DNA of 63,465 bases, counting the filler, from Octopus bimaculoides (lineage: Eukaryota), in the NCBI RefSeq assembly GCF_001194135.2. It is 6 parts of 5 records of this genome, joined end to end, with 100 filler letters (N's around TTAATTAATTAA, not from the genome) between each part and the next. Parts side by side here need not be neighbours in the genome. Positions count along the whole stretch, not along the records: positions 52,462 to 58,438 come from NC_068985.1; positions 58,539 to 63,465 come from NC_068982.1; 4 more parts are not named here. The stretch is one strand, 5' to 3'. Positions 52,462 to 63,465 of the stretch are shown one piece after another. The notes under the pieces are model-generated. The model did not search any database, was not told the DNA's origin, and worked only from the letters and a program-made list of their open reading frames with translations. The position numbers and the translations under genes were made by a program. Position 1 is the first letter of the stretch. Each line of letters starts with the position of its first letter.

Positions 52462-52729
52462 AAGAACGACCGTGCAAACCCAAAAGGAGAAATGGTGACG
52501 AATGGAAAACAGGCTCTTTTATTAAACGCGTCACACGGTCAAACACAAAAATATAAAATGATAAATATGTTATACTTCGATAACAAAGAACTTAGAAATG
52601 CCAGGAAGGACAAGATAGGACTCAACCGATAGAGATGAATAACAGTAAGATTTATTGTAGCATTAAATTGTATGTCTGTGTGTGAGTGTGAATGCGACAT
52701 AATAAAACACAATATAAGACTGGCCGTCA

Positions 52730-53473
52730 TGTAAAGAAAAGAGTGTGTGCGAGTAATACATGTATGTGTATGTAAGAGTTACAGAGCATAGTTTAGAGTC
52801 AGTAACACGGATTAGAATTTAAGATACCAGTTCTTTGTTAGAGTACACAGTAGTAAGTGTCTGTATATAAGAAGTTAAGGCGTGTGGGGCAGAGCGATCA
52901 CTAGTTGTGATGTTAGGACTTCTATGCCAAGCCGCGTTCTTGAATACAGATGTTCTTCGCAGGCTATATTCTGGCTGTTAATTTTCGTGGTGAAGAAATC
53001 ACACAAACAGGATCGAAGAGAAGTGCTGCAGTTAGCTGTTGGTAGCTTGTATACGTGTAGAGTCATGCTGACGCTAGCGGCGATGCTGGTAGTACGTAGA
53101 GTCGTGTTGACGTTGGCGGCGATGCTGGTAGTCGTAGTTGGACGATAATGTCGATGTCGTCGCTGGAACTAGCTGGTTGGTGTTACGCGTGTGTGGCCGG
53201 CGGCCAGATCTAGGCGATCTGAGGTGCGACGATTTGGCGGGTATAATTTAGTCTATTTATAGCTGAAGGTAGGCTCCAGAGAAGCATTAGAAGAAACACT
53301 CTCACGTGACCTTATTAGGGGCTACGGTTGGTCGATTTGCGTCCTGGGGGCAAATGGAGATAATTTACCTGCGCAAAGAATAGTCAGTCACGTGATGGAT
53401 ACAGCAGGCTGCTCTCTGCTACGCCCACGCTTGTTTATATTTATAACAGTGGGAAAGAGTGGTGTTCACTACA
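52730..53473 (-). mobile_element. Solo-LTR-like element (~744 bp)
   Basis: TGTA...TACA termini, CpG-rich, minus-strand TATAAAT at 53255-53261, CACGTG boxes at 53303 and 53389, internal 39-bp tandem duplication (53057-53133). No TSD match. Confidence 0.45.
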
Positions 53474-53778
53474 TATATATATATATACTAGCAAACGCCC
53501 CGCCATCCATTGGACAGTTTGTAGAGGTGAAAAGGGTTAACTTAGGNNNNNNNNNNNNNNNNNNNNNNNNNNNNNNNNNNNNNNNNNNNNNNNNNNNNNN
53601 NNNNNNNNNNNNNNNNNNNNNNNNNNNNNNNNNNNNNNNNNNNNNNNNNNNNNNNNNNNNNNNNNNNNNNNNNNNNNNNNNNNNNNNNNNNNNNNNNNNN
53701 NNNNNNNNNNNNNNNNNNNNNNNNNNNNNNNNNNNNNNNNNNNNNNNNNNNNNNNNNNNNNNNNNNNNNNNNNNNNNN

Positions 53779-53809
<31 letters not shown>

Positions 53810-53984
53810 ACTGACTTTCGAGGACCTTTGCTGGTCATGGAAGGGGCAATCCATTGTTTTAGATTTGACTACTTATACCTTATATAACTCTTTGGTTTTA
53901 GACCGGCTAAGTAAAAGCATGTAGGAAAGTGGTTATACACCATTAGGTGTACACCGCTTCCGTACATTAAATTTCTAGAAGAAA

Positions 53985-54345
53985 CAACGGAACGCAGATT
54001 CTGAACCATCAACACAACAATAATTATTTACAGAGGAAATAGGCAGCACTTCGCCTTTTGGTTGCTGAGGCGCCGTCATTGATGTTGAGTGGTTATTTGT
54101 CTAGCTCCAGAGTTGGAATGTTGGAAAGAGCTGTCTCCAGAGTTGGAATGTTGGAGACAGGCTGCTTGTATGTCTGAGCTCTCTGCCGGCCGGCGAGAAA
54201 AGAGAATGAATAAGGGCGCGAAACTTGTATGTCGAATGACCACGCATGCGCATGAGACTCTTCCCGTGTTCCTTCCGGAACTAGTCCCTGCGCATGCGTG
54301 GATAAGCTTGCCGGAAATGTCGTCTGCTATTAAGGCGTTACTACA
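53985..54345 (-). mobile_element. LTR-like repeat, copy 1 (minus strand begins TGTAGTAACGCC)
   Basis: Shares acggaacgc, gaaaagagaatgaat, acgcatgcg and aggcgttactaca blocks, in the same order, with 12281-12541. Contains a 30-bp tandem duplication. Confidence 0.45.
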
Positions 54346-55799
54346 ACATATCTCTCTTTCAGCCGTCAAACCGGGAGCGCAGCATCAACGGAATAAAAAG
54401 GGACATGCAGTTCTTACCCTTTCTTCCTCACTATCAGTAGCCCGCAACTTGGCTTCCACACACAGCTTCGAGCACACACTACCACAGAGCGACCAACACA
54501 TTATTGACATTGTCACTTATTTTATAATTACTACTATGTCTATGTTACTAACTACTGCCGGCAAATAAATTTGTGAATATTATTCATCTCTCTTCGATGT
54601 TGTTATTACGCTGTCTCATCCAACTTTCGACTCGACGCGGAACAAGAATCGCTATTTCTACATCGACTAATTGTTCATCTGTGCAATACGATTGGTAACT
54701 CCGACGTGAGAACCATACATCTGTACATTACATTTGGCAATATAATAAAAATATCTTATCGTTACATATGTAATAAACTCACTGTATGTGTCAATAACAA
54801 ATAAGCACTCAATGTGTCTGTGTGTTTGTGTATGTGTGTGTGTATGTGTGTGTGTGCGTGCGAGTGTGTATTGTCGTTTATTTGTAAACATGCGGTCGTT
54901 TGACAGCTCAGAGATTTGTGAATTTGTTGGCCTATATATCTCAGCTACACTCGAAAACGATCACAATGAGTATTGGTTTACATAGACGTAATGTGTTGAT
55001 TATATTTCAACATGCCAATATATATCCTTTAGATATTTTTAGAATTCCTTCAAACATTTCGTTCTAAACATAACTATCAACACTAACCTAAATATTATAA
55101 ATCTCTTAAATCTTACGCTCGACTTAACTCCAAATAAACACAAACCTTGCAGCTGAACTTCATGTCTCAATGTGACATGCCATCCACTCATAAATTTTAA
55201 AGCCTCAACAAATGAATCCATGAATCTGTAGCCTTTCACCGAATAAAGAAATCTTTCTGATTGCTGATCCCTATTGCCATAAAGTACTAGAAGCTTGTGG
55301 GTGCAGTTACCTCCCCTGACGGTAGCTGTCTAAATAGCTCGCCACTAGATGGCACAGCAAGTAACTCTGAGATTCGGGCACTTAGACCTTTCTCTTTGTC
55401 ATCGCGACAGTAGCGTGCGAGGACATGACCTCCTTAGCTCTTGCATAACACATTGAGCAGCTATGACGTAGGATACACAGAAGCTGAATATGGCCTTTCA
55501 CTTGTAAAAGGTATTTAAAAGCTACAGCATGGTTCTGTGGATATTCCTTGTACAGTGTTCTTTCTTTGAATGACATCTTCCAGCTTTCTGAACTGAGTCG
55601 TTATTAGATGGTTTCACCACGTGAGACTACGACCATCTAAAATGGTGACCCCCGACGTGATAGGTCACAATTCGACCTATAAGCTTATGCTTTATGGTAG
55701 AAAGAAGAGATACTGTGTAACGTAATCTACTCATACCTTTTTCCTGATATCGTTGAGAAATTTCCTAGCCTTAATGAATAAACTTTTCCTAATCAATCA

Positions 55800-55925
55800 T
55801 GGCTGTGGTTGGGAAGCAAGCTTCTGCGTAGCATCATGGGAAAGTGTCTTCTGCTATACCCTCGGGCCAACCAAAGCCTTGTGAATGAATTTGGTAGACG
55901 GAAACTGAAGGAAGCCGGTCGCATA
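55800..55925 (+). mobile_element. SINE family B 5' fragment with a deletion
   Basis: tggctgtggttgggaagcaagc...gggaaagtgtcttctgctat...ggaaactgaaggaagcc. Confidence 0.75.
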
Positions 55926-56034
55926 TATGTACATTATTTACAATTGACGGATATTTGTTTCATCAAGTGTCTTGGAGGAAATTTTGGGTTGTTTTTCGAT
56001 GTTGTTATTATTATGATTATTATTATTATTAATA

Positions 56035-56118
56035 TTACTACCTGGAATCGAACTCGGAATCGGAATCTTGGGGTTAGTAGCCCGCGCTCTAAACCACTAC
56101 GCCATATACCCGTGGGCA
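56035..56118 (-). mobile_element. tRNA-derived SINE head (not a functional tRNA)
   Basis: Reverse complement reads gggtatatggcgtagtggtttagagcgcgggctactaaccccaagattccgattccgagttcgattccagg. It has a 6-nt internal duplication and is followed by an (AAT)n tail. Confidence 0.7.
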
Positions 56119-57102
56119 ATTATGGATTGAATTTTAGGGCTTATAAATCTAATATTCTCCTATCCTTCCTTAATAAGGTTACCATATGCTATTCATATCT
56201 GCACTCAAAATATAATATCGTGCGTAAACTGTATAGCATTCGTAAGGTGAATAGTTAAATTAACCAAAAAAACCTTAACGATGTTTTTTTCCTGTTAGAA
56301 ATATAGGAAAGGGGAATTAACAAATACGTTGTTTTACTCGTGGAAAATATATACCTGTGGAAAATTAATTTTCACCGGGGAAGTTGGAATGGAGATTATA
56401 AGAACTCTAAAATGAAGGGGAACATTTCGGGGAGATGCAGATCATATAGAAATGTAAGAAAAATATTACGTGTTATGCATTGTTGAGAGAACACCATAGC
56501 CCTTAACAAATCTTCAAACAATATAAATATCAAACCAGAGTTCTACACTAAATGTCACCGCTTCGACAAGTATTCCCTAAACTATTAGAAGATCAGGAAT
56601 GACTGAATGAATCAATGCTTAACTATTTAACGAGAACATTCACAGACTTAATCTATTCCCCTCTTTATGTTTAACCCATTAAAAAAATAATTGCTTTACA
56701 GCAGTGTACTCATTAATATTTTCAAACTTTTATCTTTCTATTTTAATTTCTCTACAGCAAAATGAAATACTACTTAACTATTGTAGCAAAGCCTAGAATC
56801 GAAACCTTACAGCTTTGGTAACTAGTATAAGGCCACACTTAGATCAGGTGACGTGTCTTGAATATCAACCAATTAGCTAGCAGAAATACCACCATATATT
56901 TTAGAAATGTTCTATCACGCTCCAGAAATTGCCGCGCAGAAAGATGTTATCTAAACAACAACGCAGAGGCGCACATAGGATGCACAGACAACGAGTCCTT
57001 GGCTACAACTCAACTCCGGCTTAAAGGAATCGTCGACTATGATGAACAAAGTATTTTCCCGCCTCTCAACGAAGCCAATGTCTTTTATCATTAATATGAA
57101 CT

Positions 57103-57237
57103 AAGACAGCGAACTGGTAGAATCGTTACCACAACAGGTGAAATAGTTAGCGACATTTCGTCCATCTTTACGTTCAGATTCCGCCGAGGTGAACTCTGCC
57201 TTTCACCTTTTCGGAGTTAATAAAATAAGTACCAGTG
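57103..57237 (+). mobile_element. SINE family A 5' part, abutting a family C copy
   Basis: aagacagcgaactggtagaatcgtt...gcctttcaccttttcggag...taagtaccag. Confidence 0.75.
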
Positions 57238-57550
57238 AAATTAACGTGCAAGTGGCTGAGCACTCCGCAGACACGTGTACCCTTAACATATTTCTCGGGG
57301 ATATTCAGCGTGACACAGTGTGACAAGGCTGACTTTTTGAATTACAGGCACAACAGAAACAGGAAGAAAGAGTGAGAGAAAGTTGTGGTGAAAGAGTACA
57401 GCAGGGTTCGCCACCGTCCCCTGCCGGAGCCTCGTGGAGCTTTAGGTGTTTCCACTCAATAAACACTCACAACGCCCGGTCTGGGAATCGAAACCGCGAT
57501 CCTACGACCGCGAATCCGCTGCCCTAACCACTGGGCCATTGCGCCTCCAC
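57238..57550 (-). mobile_element. SINE family C, 3'-truncated, CpG-intact
   Basis: aaattaacgtgcaagtggc...ctgggccattgcgcctccac. Confidence 0.9.
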
Positions 57551-57675
57551 ACCATCATATTAAGACCTATCAATAATGCCAGGAACAATTATTTATCAGG
57601 AACAATCATTTAAATTTATACTCCAATTTTAACCTATTAACAGGCACTTCTGACTCTAACACAGTTTATAATAAC

Positions 57676-57870
57676 GGTTTCAAATTTTGGCACAAGGCCA
57701 GCAATTTCGGTAGGGAGGGCGAAAGTCGATTACATTGACCCATTGCTCAACTGGTGATTATCTTATCGACTCCAAACTAAAGTAGACTTCAGCGGAATTT
57801 GAACTCAAAACGAAAATGCTGCGAAGCGATTTTGTGTGGCTTGCTTAACGATTTTGCTAGCTCACCGCCG
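57676..57870 (-). mobile_element. SINE family A, decayed
   Basis: tttcaaattttggcacaaggccagc...gaatttgaactc...gctagctcaccgcc. Confidence 0.72.
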
Positions 57871-58230
57871 TAATACACAAAATAATAATAATACACCCGT
57901 TGATACTTTACATTCCTAACTCTTCAAGTTTCCATATTAATTTCTACAGAATAGTTTTTATTTTCCTATTTCTCGTCTTTATTTTTAAGTACTTCACCTG
58001 ATACAGTTTTGTTAAGTTCTGAACTTTCGTTGCCTTTACTGGTCCGTTTGAGTTGAAGTCAATACTTATACGCAACGAGTTACTTCCCTTACAATATTTT
58101 CGACACGATTTGGTATTAATAATTCTTATTCTATATTGGCATTACCTCTCTCTCTCTCTCTCTCTTCCCACTCTCTCTATCTAGCTATAAAGCATGTATG
58201 TACGCATGCACACACACACACACACACACA

Positions 58231-58263
<33 letters not shown>

Positions 58264-58330
58264 GAATACATATATGTCTATACATGCCTATATATGTATT
58301 TGTGTGTATGTGTATGTATGTAAACACACT

Positions 58331-58382
<52 letters not shown>

Positions 58383-58438
58383 AAATGACGAAGTCACCTT
58401 GACCATGATTCTATAAAAAGTTTTAAAATTCTGTAAAC

Positions 58439-58538
58439 NNNNNNNNNNNNNNNNNNNNNNNNNNNNNNNNNNNNNNNNNNNNTTAATTAATTAANNNNNN
58501 NNNNNNNNNNNNNNNNNNNNNNNNNNNNNNNNNNNNNN
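58439..58538. other. Artificial assembly join (N44-TTAATTAATTAA-N44)
   Basis: Same 100-nt spacer. Confidence 0.95.
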
Positions 58539-59161
58539 ACGTACGTACTCGAGTTTCAGGGTTATTTCCCTTCTTCAGCGTACGACAATCGCCGACCTTC
58601 GATGCAAAAGATAATTCTTGGCAAATATATATAACTTTTTCCAGTGAAATTATTCACTGATATCGAAAAAGTGAAAACAAGCAATGTTAAATATATATAT
58701 ATATATATATATATATGCATATACTCATATAGATACACACACAAACATATATATACGTACCTAGAAATATCTAAATATCTATGTCTATATATTTATCAAA
58801 CTATATACACTACACGTACACACACACACACACACACTCACACAGTGTTTGTACGTATGCATCTCTCTGTGTCTCACTGCCACTTTGTATATATGTAATA
58901 CTTGTCATGTATGTAATTCGAAAAGTTTCAGTATGAATTGATATGTAGACCAAGATATATACCCGGTCACATAAATATGTATTTAGCATTACTGCAAATG
59001 TGGACAAATGATTGAAGCTTGGACGTTCCGGAATGAGAATGAGTCAGAGCAGTTTTATGTCTCGTTTAATATTTATCGGCTATAATTTATCACTTACAGA
59101 ATTTTTAATACATACTATTACAGAAAGTCTAAATTTCCGTTTATCAAATAAGTGATCTATC

Positions 59162-59282
<121 letters not shown>

Positions 59283-59518
59283 NNNNNNNNNNNNNNNNNN
59301 NNNNNNNNNNNNNNNNNNNNNNNNNNNNNNNNNNNNNNNNNNNNNNNNNNNNNNNNNNNNNNNNNNNNNNNNNNNNNNNNNNNNNNNNNNNNNNNNNNNN
59401 NNNNNNNNNNNNNNNNNNNNNNNNNNNNNNNNNNNNNNNNNNNNNNNNNNNNNNNNNNNNNNNNNNNNNNNNNNNNNNNNNNNNNNNNNNNNNNNNNNNN
59501 NNNNNNNNNNNNNNNNTG

Positions 59519-59598
<80 letters not shown>

Positions 59599-62539
59599 AG
59601 TGTGTAGTCAAAGAAAAGAAAAGGCAAGCAACACATGTATTGGGAGTCATAGGTATTATTCAAAACAGTTTCAAATGGATTTCGTGCTACGTCAAGTTTT
59701 GCAGGTCCCTTACGGAACCTGTCAACTCCGGCTGGTAGAAAATTCGAGTGAACAACATTGTAGTAATCCAAGGTGAATACCAGTAGATGGGCTACAATTT
59801 GTCAAGGAGAGTCACCTGATGTCACAGTAGATAGTATTGTTTCGTAACGACATCAGTTACATGAGAAGAGCGTATTTCTTTGGCCCCATGTTTGGACAGG
59901 AAATTGGTGGTGACAGTAGATCTGGGTGTGGAATCAGAGAGGCTTGTGAGCATATGATCTTGTGTGCGCATGTGCGCGCGCGTGTGTAAGTATGTGCGTG
60001 CCTTTGTGTTATATGTGTGTGCATGTGTGTTATATGTGTGTGTAAGTTTCTGTACGTCTGAGTGTGTGTATATGTGTATGTGTGTGTATATGTTATATGT
60101 GTGTGTGTGTCTCTCTCTCTCTATATATGTGTGCGCATGTGCGGGTATATGTGTGCGTGCGTGTGTGCTTGCACGCGCGTGTGTGTTTGTGTGTGTATTT
60201 GAGTGTGTTTATGTTTGTGCGCGTACTAGTGAGTGCGAGAGTGCGCGCGCGCTCCTTTGTGCTTGCGTGCATATGTATACTCACGTGGATGTGCATATGT
60301 AAAGTGCGCAGATTTACAGGTGAGATAGCATGGATGGAGTGGTGCTACGTGTACTGTGTGTGTATGTGTGTGCGTACACACACATACACACAGTAGGTAT
60401 AAGCACCACACGATCCATGCGATCCCACCCTCAAATCCACACTCCCTCGCTCATTATGTTCCTTCTTTCGCGTCATTTTTATGTAATATCTGTTTGTTCA
60501 TGCCATTTACTCTGGCTTAAACTACTAGCTTACAATACTCTTTATTTCGTTTCTTTTACTCAATTCTAACGGGGACGGAAAAATTTCATGGTGTTACAAA
60601 TTCGACGAAACGTCTCTCTCATAGAAAGCAGATTTCAATTACTTTTTCTGAAGAGTGCTATTCCTTTCACTATAAGAAATATTCCTTGCAGTCATAATAG
60701 GTACACCATTTTCTGAACAAAAAAAATAAATAAAAAATAAATAAATAAACAGCCCCAAACAGAGCGAATATGGAATAATTACACCATGCACACAGATCAA
60801 GCACTGCATACACTGCGACACAACAGTTTAGACAGCGCTGATACGTTAACTGAATAAGTTACATTTTAAACGTGGTACGGTAGACCACGCATGCATTTTA
60901 AGACACGATTGTATCATTCTTTCTATTCATGTACAATAAATAAAAAAATGAAAGTATTAAAATATAGTAAAATATTATATGATGATTTTAGAATATCGTT
61001 TAAGCCAAATTCGTGTAAGAAATATAGAAATGCCGAAAACGTTTCCAAAAATTGGGGTTTGATAGCAAACACGTGTAAAGGCAAATAATACGAAATTTCT
61101 TCAAGTGTATCCACTTCAGTAGCCTCATTTTAAACGAAATGACAATTGAATTTCGAGGTAGAAAAATTAAACACAAGGGTGAAAATTCTTGCTGGCGGTT
61201 CAATATCCACCAAGATTATTATTTGTCATTCAAATCTTGAAGCAACACATAGAGATAAGGAAGGCTTTAGAGGATGATGGCGCTTTAAACTTATGTACCG
61301 AAATAATATCGACGTCAATGCGAGAAAAATGGATGCGGAACCAATGCTCAAAAAATAAGATAAAATCGTCGAGGTTCACATGACTATACTTAATGTAACA
61401 AAAGAAAATAATTCTCAATTTCCACTTACAGAAAAGATAAAAGAAATGTTTTTTGGAAATGTGAAATACCATAAAAATGACAGCCAAATCTAAAGAAGCT
61501 AAATCTGTAACTGTTAATGTGTATAAAATGTGATCTTGAGATGACACGCAGCACAGAACTTTTAGAATCATGCATTGATGTCGCAAAACCGCCAGATTTC
61601 TTTAATGTTTAAAAGACAGACCTAATCAAAAGAAAGAGTAACCTATGAAGTCCACGTTCTTGTCCATCTAAATTGCTGCCTATACATGAAAAGAATGGCA
61701 TTGCTATTGGTGTTAGAATGTGGTCCAGCTGTCTTGTGAGATATGTATATGCATTGCTTCAAGATTTAAATGATGATATCTAACAAGATTTAAATAATCT
61801 TCGTTGATGTTCGATACCCGTTCTAGTGTTTAAGTTTTCTTATTACATTAAAACCGGTATCAGGTGGCTCTAAGGACCGAGGCAGGTAAAACGAGGGCTG
61901 GGCACTTAGAGATTCGGTTAGCAGTAATATCAGGTTAACCAGTGAGTTGTAGGCTTAAAGAATTCATTCAAAGAGGTATACCAAGGCTTAAAATTTAGGT
62001 ATATTCCTTCTTTTTGTCTGACAGAAAAGCAGTCACGAATTGCTATTGTGCTGGACTGTAATAAAAACTTCTTGGGATTTTGTATAAAACGTGATATAAA
62101 AAGACATGCAAACGTATATAAATATANNNNNNNNNNNNNNNNNNNNNNNNNNNNNNNNNNNNNNNNNNNNNNNNNNNNNNNNNNNNNNNNNNNNNNNNNN
62201 NNNNNNNNNNNNNNNNNNNNNNNNNNNNNNNNNNNNNNNNNNNNNNNNNNNNNNNNNNNNNNNNNNNNNNNNNNNNNNNNNNNNNNNNNNNNNNNNNNNN
62301 NNNNNNNNNNNNTAATATAAATGATATATAAATATATGCATGTGTCTATCCATATCTGTACATGCCTACATCTATATGTATACATACATGCATATATGGG
62401 TACAGGACTTAAAAAAAAAAACGTTAAACACAATGAGAAACGAGAACATAGAAAACGAACATTTTTCGAACATAAAGAGTATACCACAGACATGCACAAA
62501 CACACACACGTGCGCGCGCACACACACATACACACACAG

Positions 62540-62589
<50 letters not shown>

Positions 62590-63465
62590 TGAAGGAATTT
62601 TTAGAAATTGGCTTCTGACAGTATTGCGTTTGAATTATTGTTTGCAGGCAATATGGCAGATACTTAAAAAAAGTAATTGATTTCCTTGGTCTTGTTGATG
62701 ATAAATGAACACTTATGTAAATGATTTATTCAATTTTTTGTTTCTTTTAGATTTATTTCACATTGATTCTTGCAATGTAATCTATACTGTTCCATGAAAT
62801 GTCAGTTGACATTAAAATACATCCAACTTTTTTTTTACTATTTTGCGTTGCTTGCTGTACACTAATATTTATATAATATTTACATGATTTGGCAACATGT
62901 ATTGTATCTATAGAAATTCATTGACTTTTATTGTAGCGTGATGCTTGCTCCATACTATCTTACGCCGATCTATTTTCTTTCTTATTATCTACTATTATTC
63001 AATAATATCAGAACACAATTTCCCTTTTCATCAAGTGTAATTTTAATATAATTTCCTTTCAAGTTCAAAAGGATATCAAAAATTCGTAATTGATTTCAGT
63101 ATATATTGAATTTATATTCGCAAAATTACACTTTCCTCTGAAATATACTTAAATATTACTTTGCCTAAATGTATCATAAACATAAAAAAAAAAGTTCTCT
63201 TCAAAATTTTTTTGTAAATTAGAGGTAGTGCCATACGGTTCCACGTCTGATACTTCTACCGCAGCAAGTATGTATGTATGTATGTATGTATGTATGTATG
63301 TATGTATATGCGTGTGCGTATATGTGCGTACGTGCGTGTGTATGTATATAGGCAGATATGTATGTTGGAAAATTTCTATTTCTCTATCTCTCTTCTTCAT
63401 TTATACATACATATATATGAATATATATACATATATACCCCCAATATACATATACATATATATAT

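Noticed and set aside
54089-54568. 159-aa plus-strand ORF (MVICLAPELECWKELSPELECW...)
   Set aside because: Runs through an LTR-like repeat with a 30-bp tandem duplication; no recognisable domain or splice context.
56780-57100. Possible CR1/L2 LINE 3' fragment (SIRPHLDQVTCLEY); similar hint at 59620-59950
   Set aside because: Only a single short motif is recognisable; not enough to call.
61930-62105. Minus-strand RQKEGIYLNFKPWYTSLN resembling a GIY-YIG C-terminus of a PLE
   Set aside because: Similarity too short, and the upstream part falls in an N gap.

Overview
AT-rich, microsatellite- and SINE-dense animal genomic DNA. It is most likely a coleoid cephalopod (Octopus-like); this rests on my recall of the tRNA-SINE families and the (AT)/(AC)/(GATA) content, not on a search. 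Five identical 100-nt spacers (N44-TTAATTAATTAA-N44) are artificial contig joins, so the window is six separately assembled segments: 1-8712, 8813-36963, 37064-50688, 50789-52361, 52462-58438 and 58539-63465. The only well-supported host gene is a minus-strand SLC22-family (organic cation/anion/carnitine, MFS) transporter. Five coding exons lie at 20154->10375 with canonical GT-AG sites and consistent phases, giving 1148 nt (382 codons, TM1-TM8). I could not find the TM9-12 exons before the join at 8812. The rest is repetitive: tRNA-derived SINEs, RTE-tail elements, two decayed mariners, two MITEs, a HERO-like and a Dong/R4-like RLE retrotransposon, a Penelope-like element and LTR-like pieces. 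I see no CRISPR array, rRNA or intact tRNA gene, and no clearly novel multi-gene system. The most interesting leads are: competing inverted SINE pairs around SLC22 exons (dsRNA, editing or circRNA); a head-to-head Dong/R4 arrangement resembling a 5' inversion; a CpG-depletion footprint delimiting the gene body; candidate uORF-bearing 5'UTR exons; and a repeat family carrying NRF1-like palindromes.
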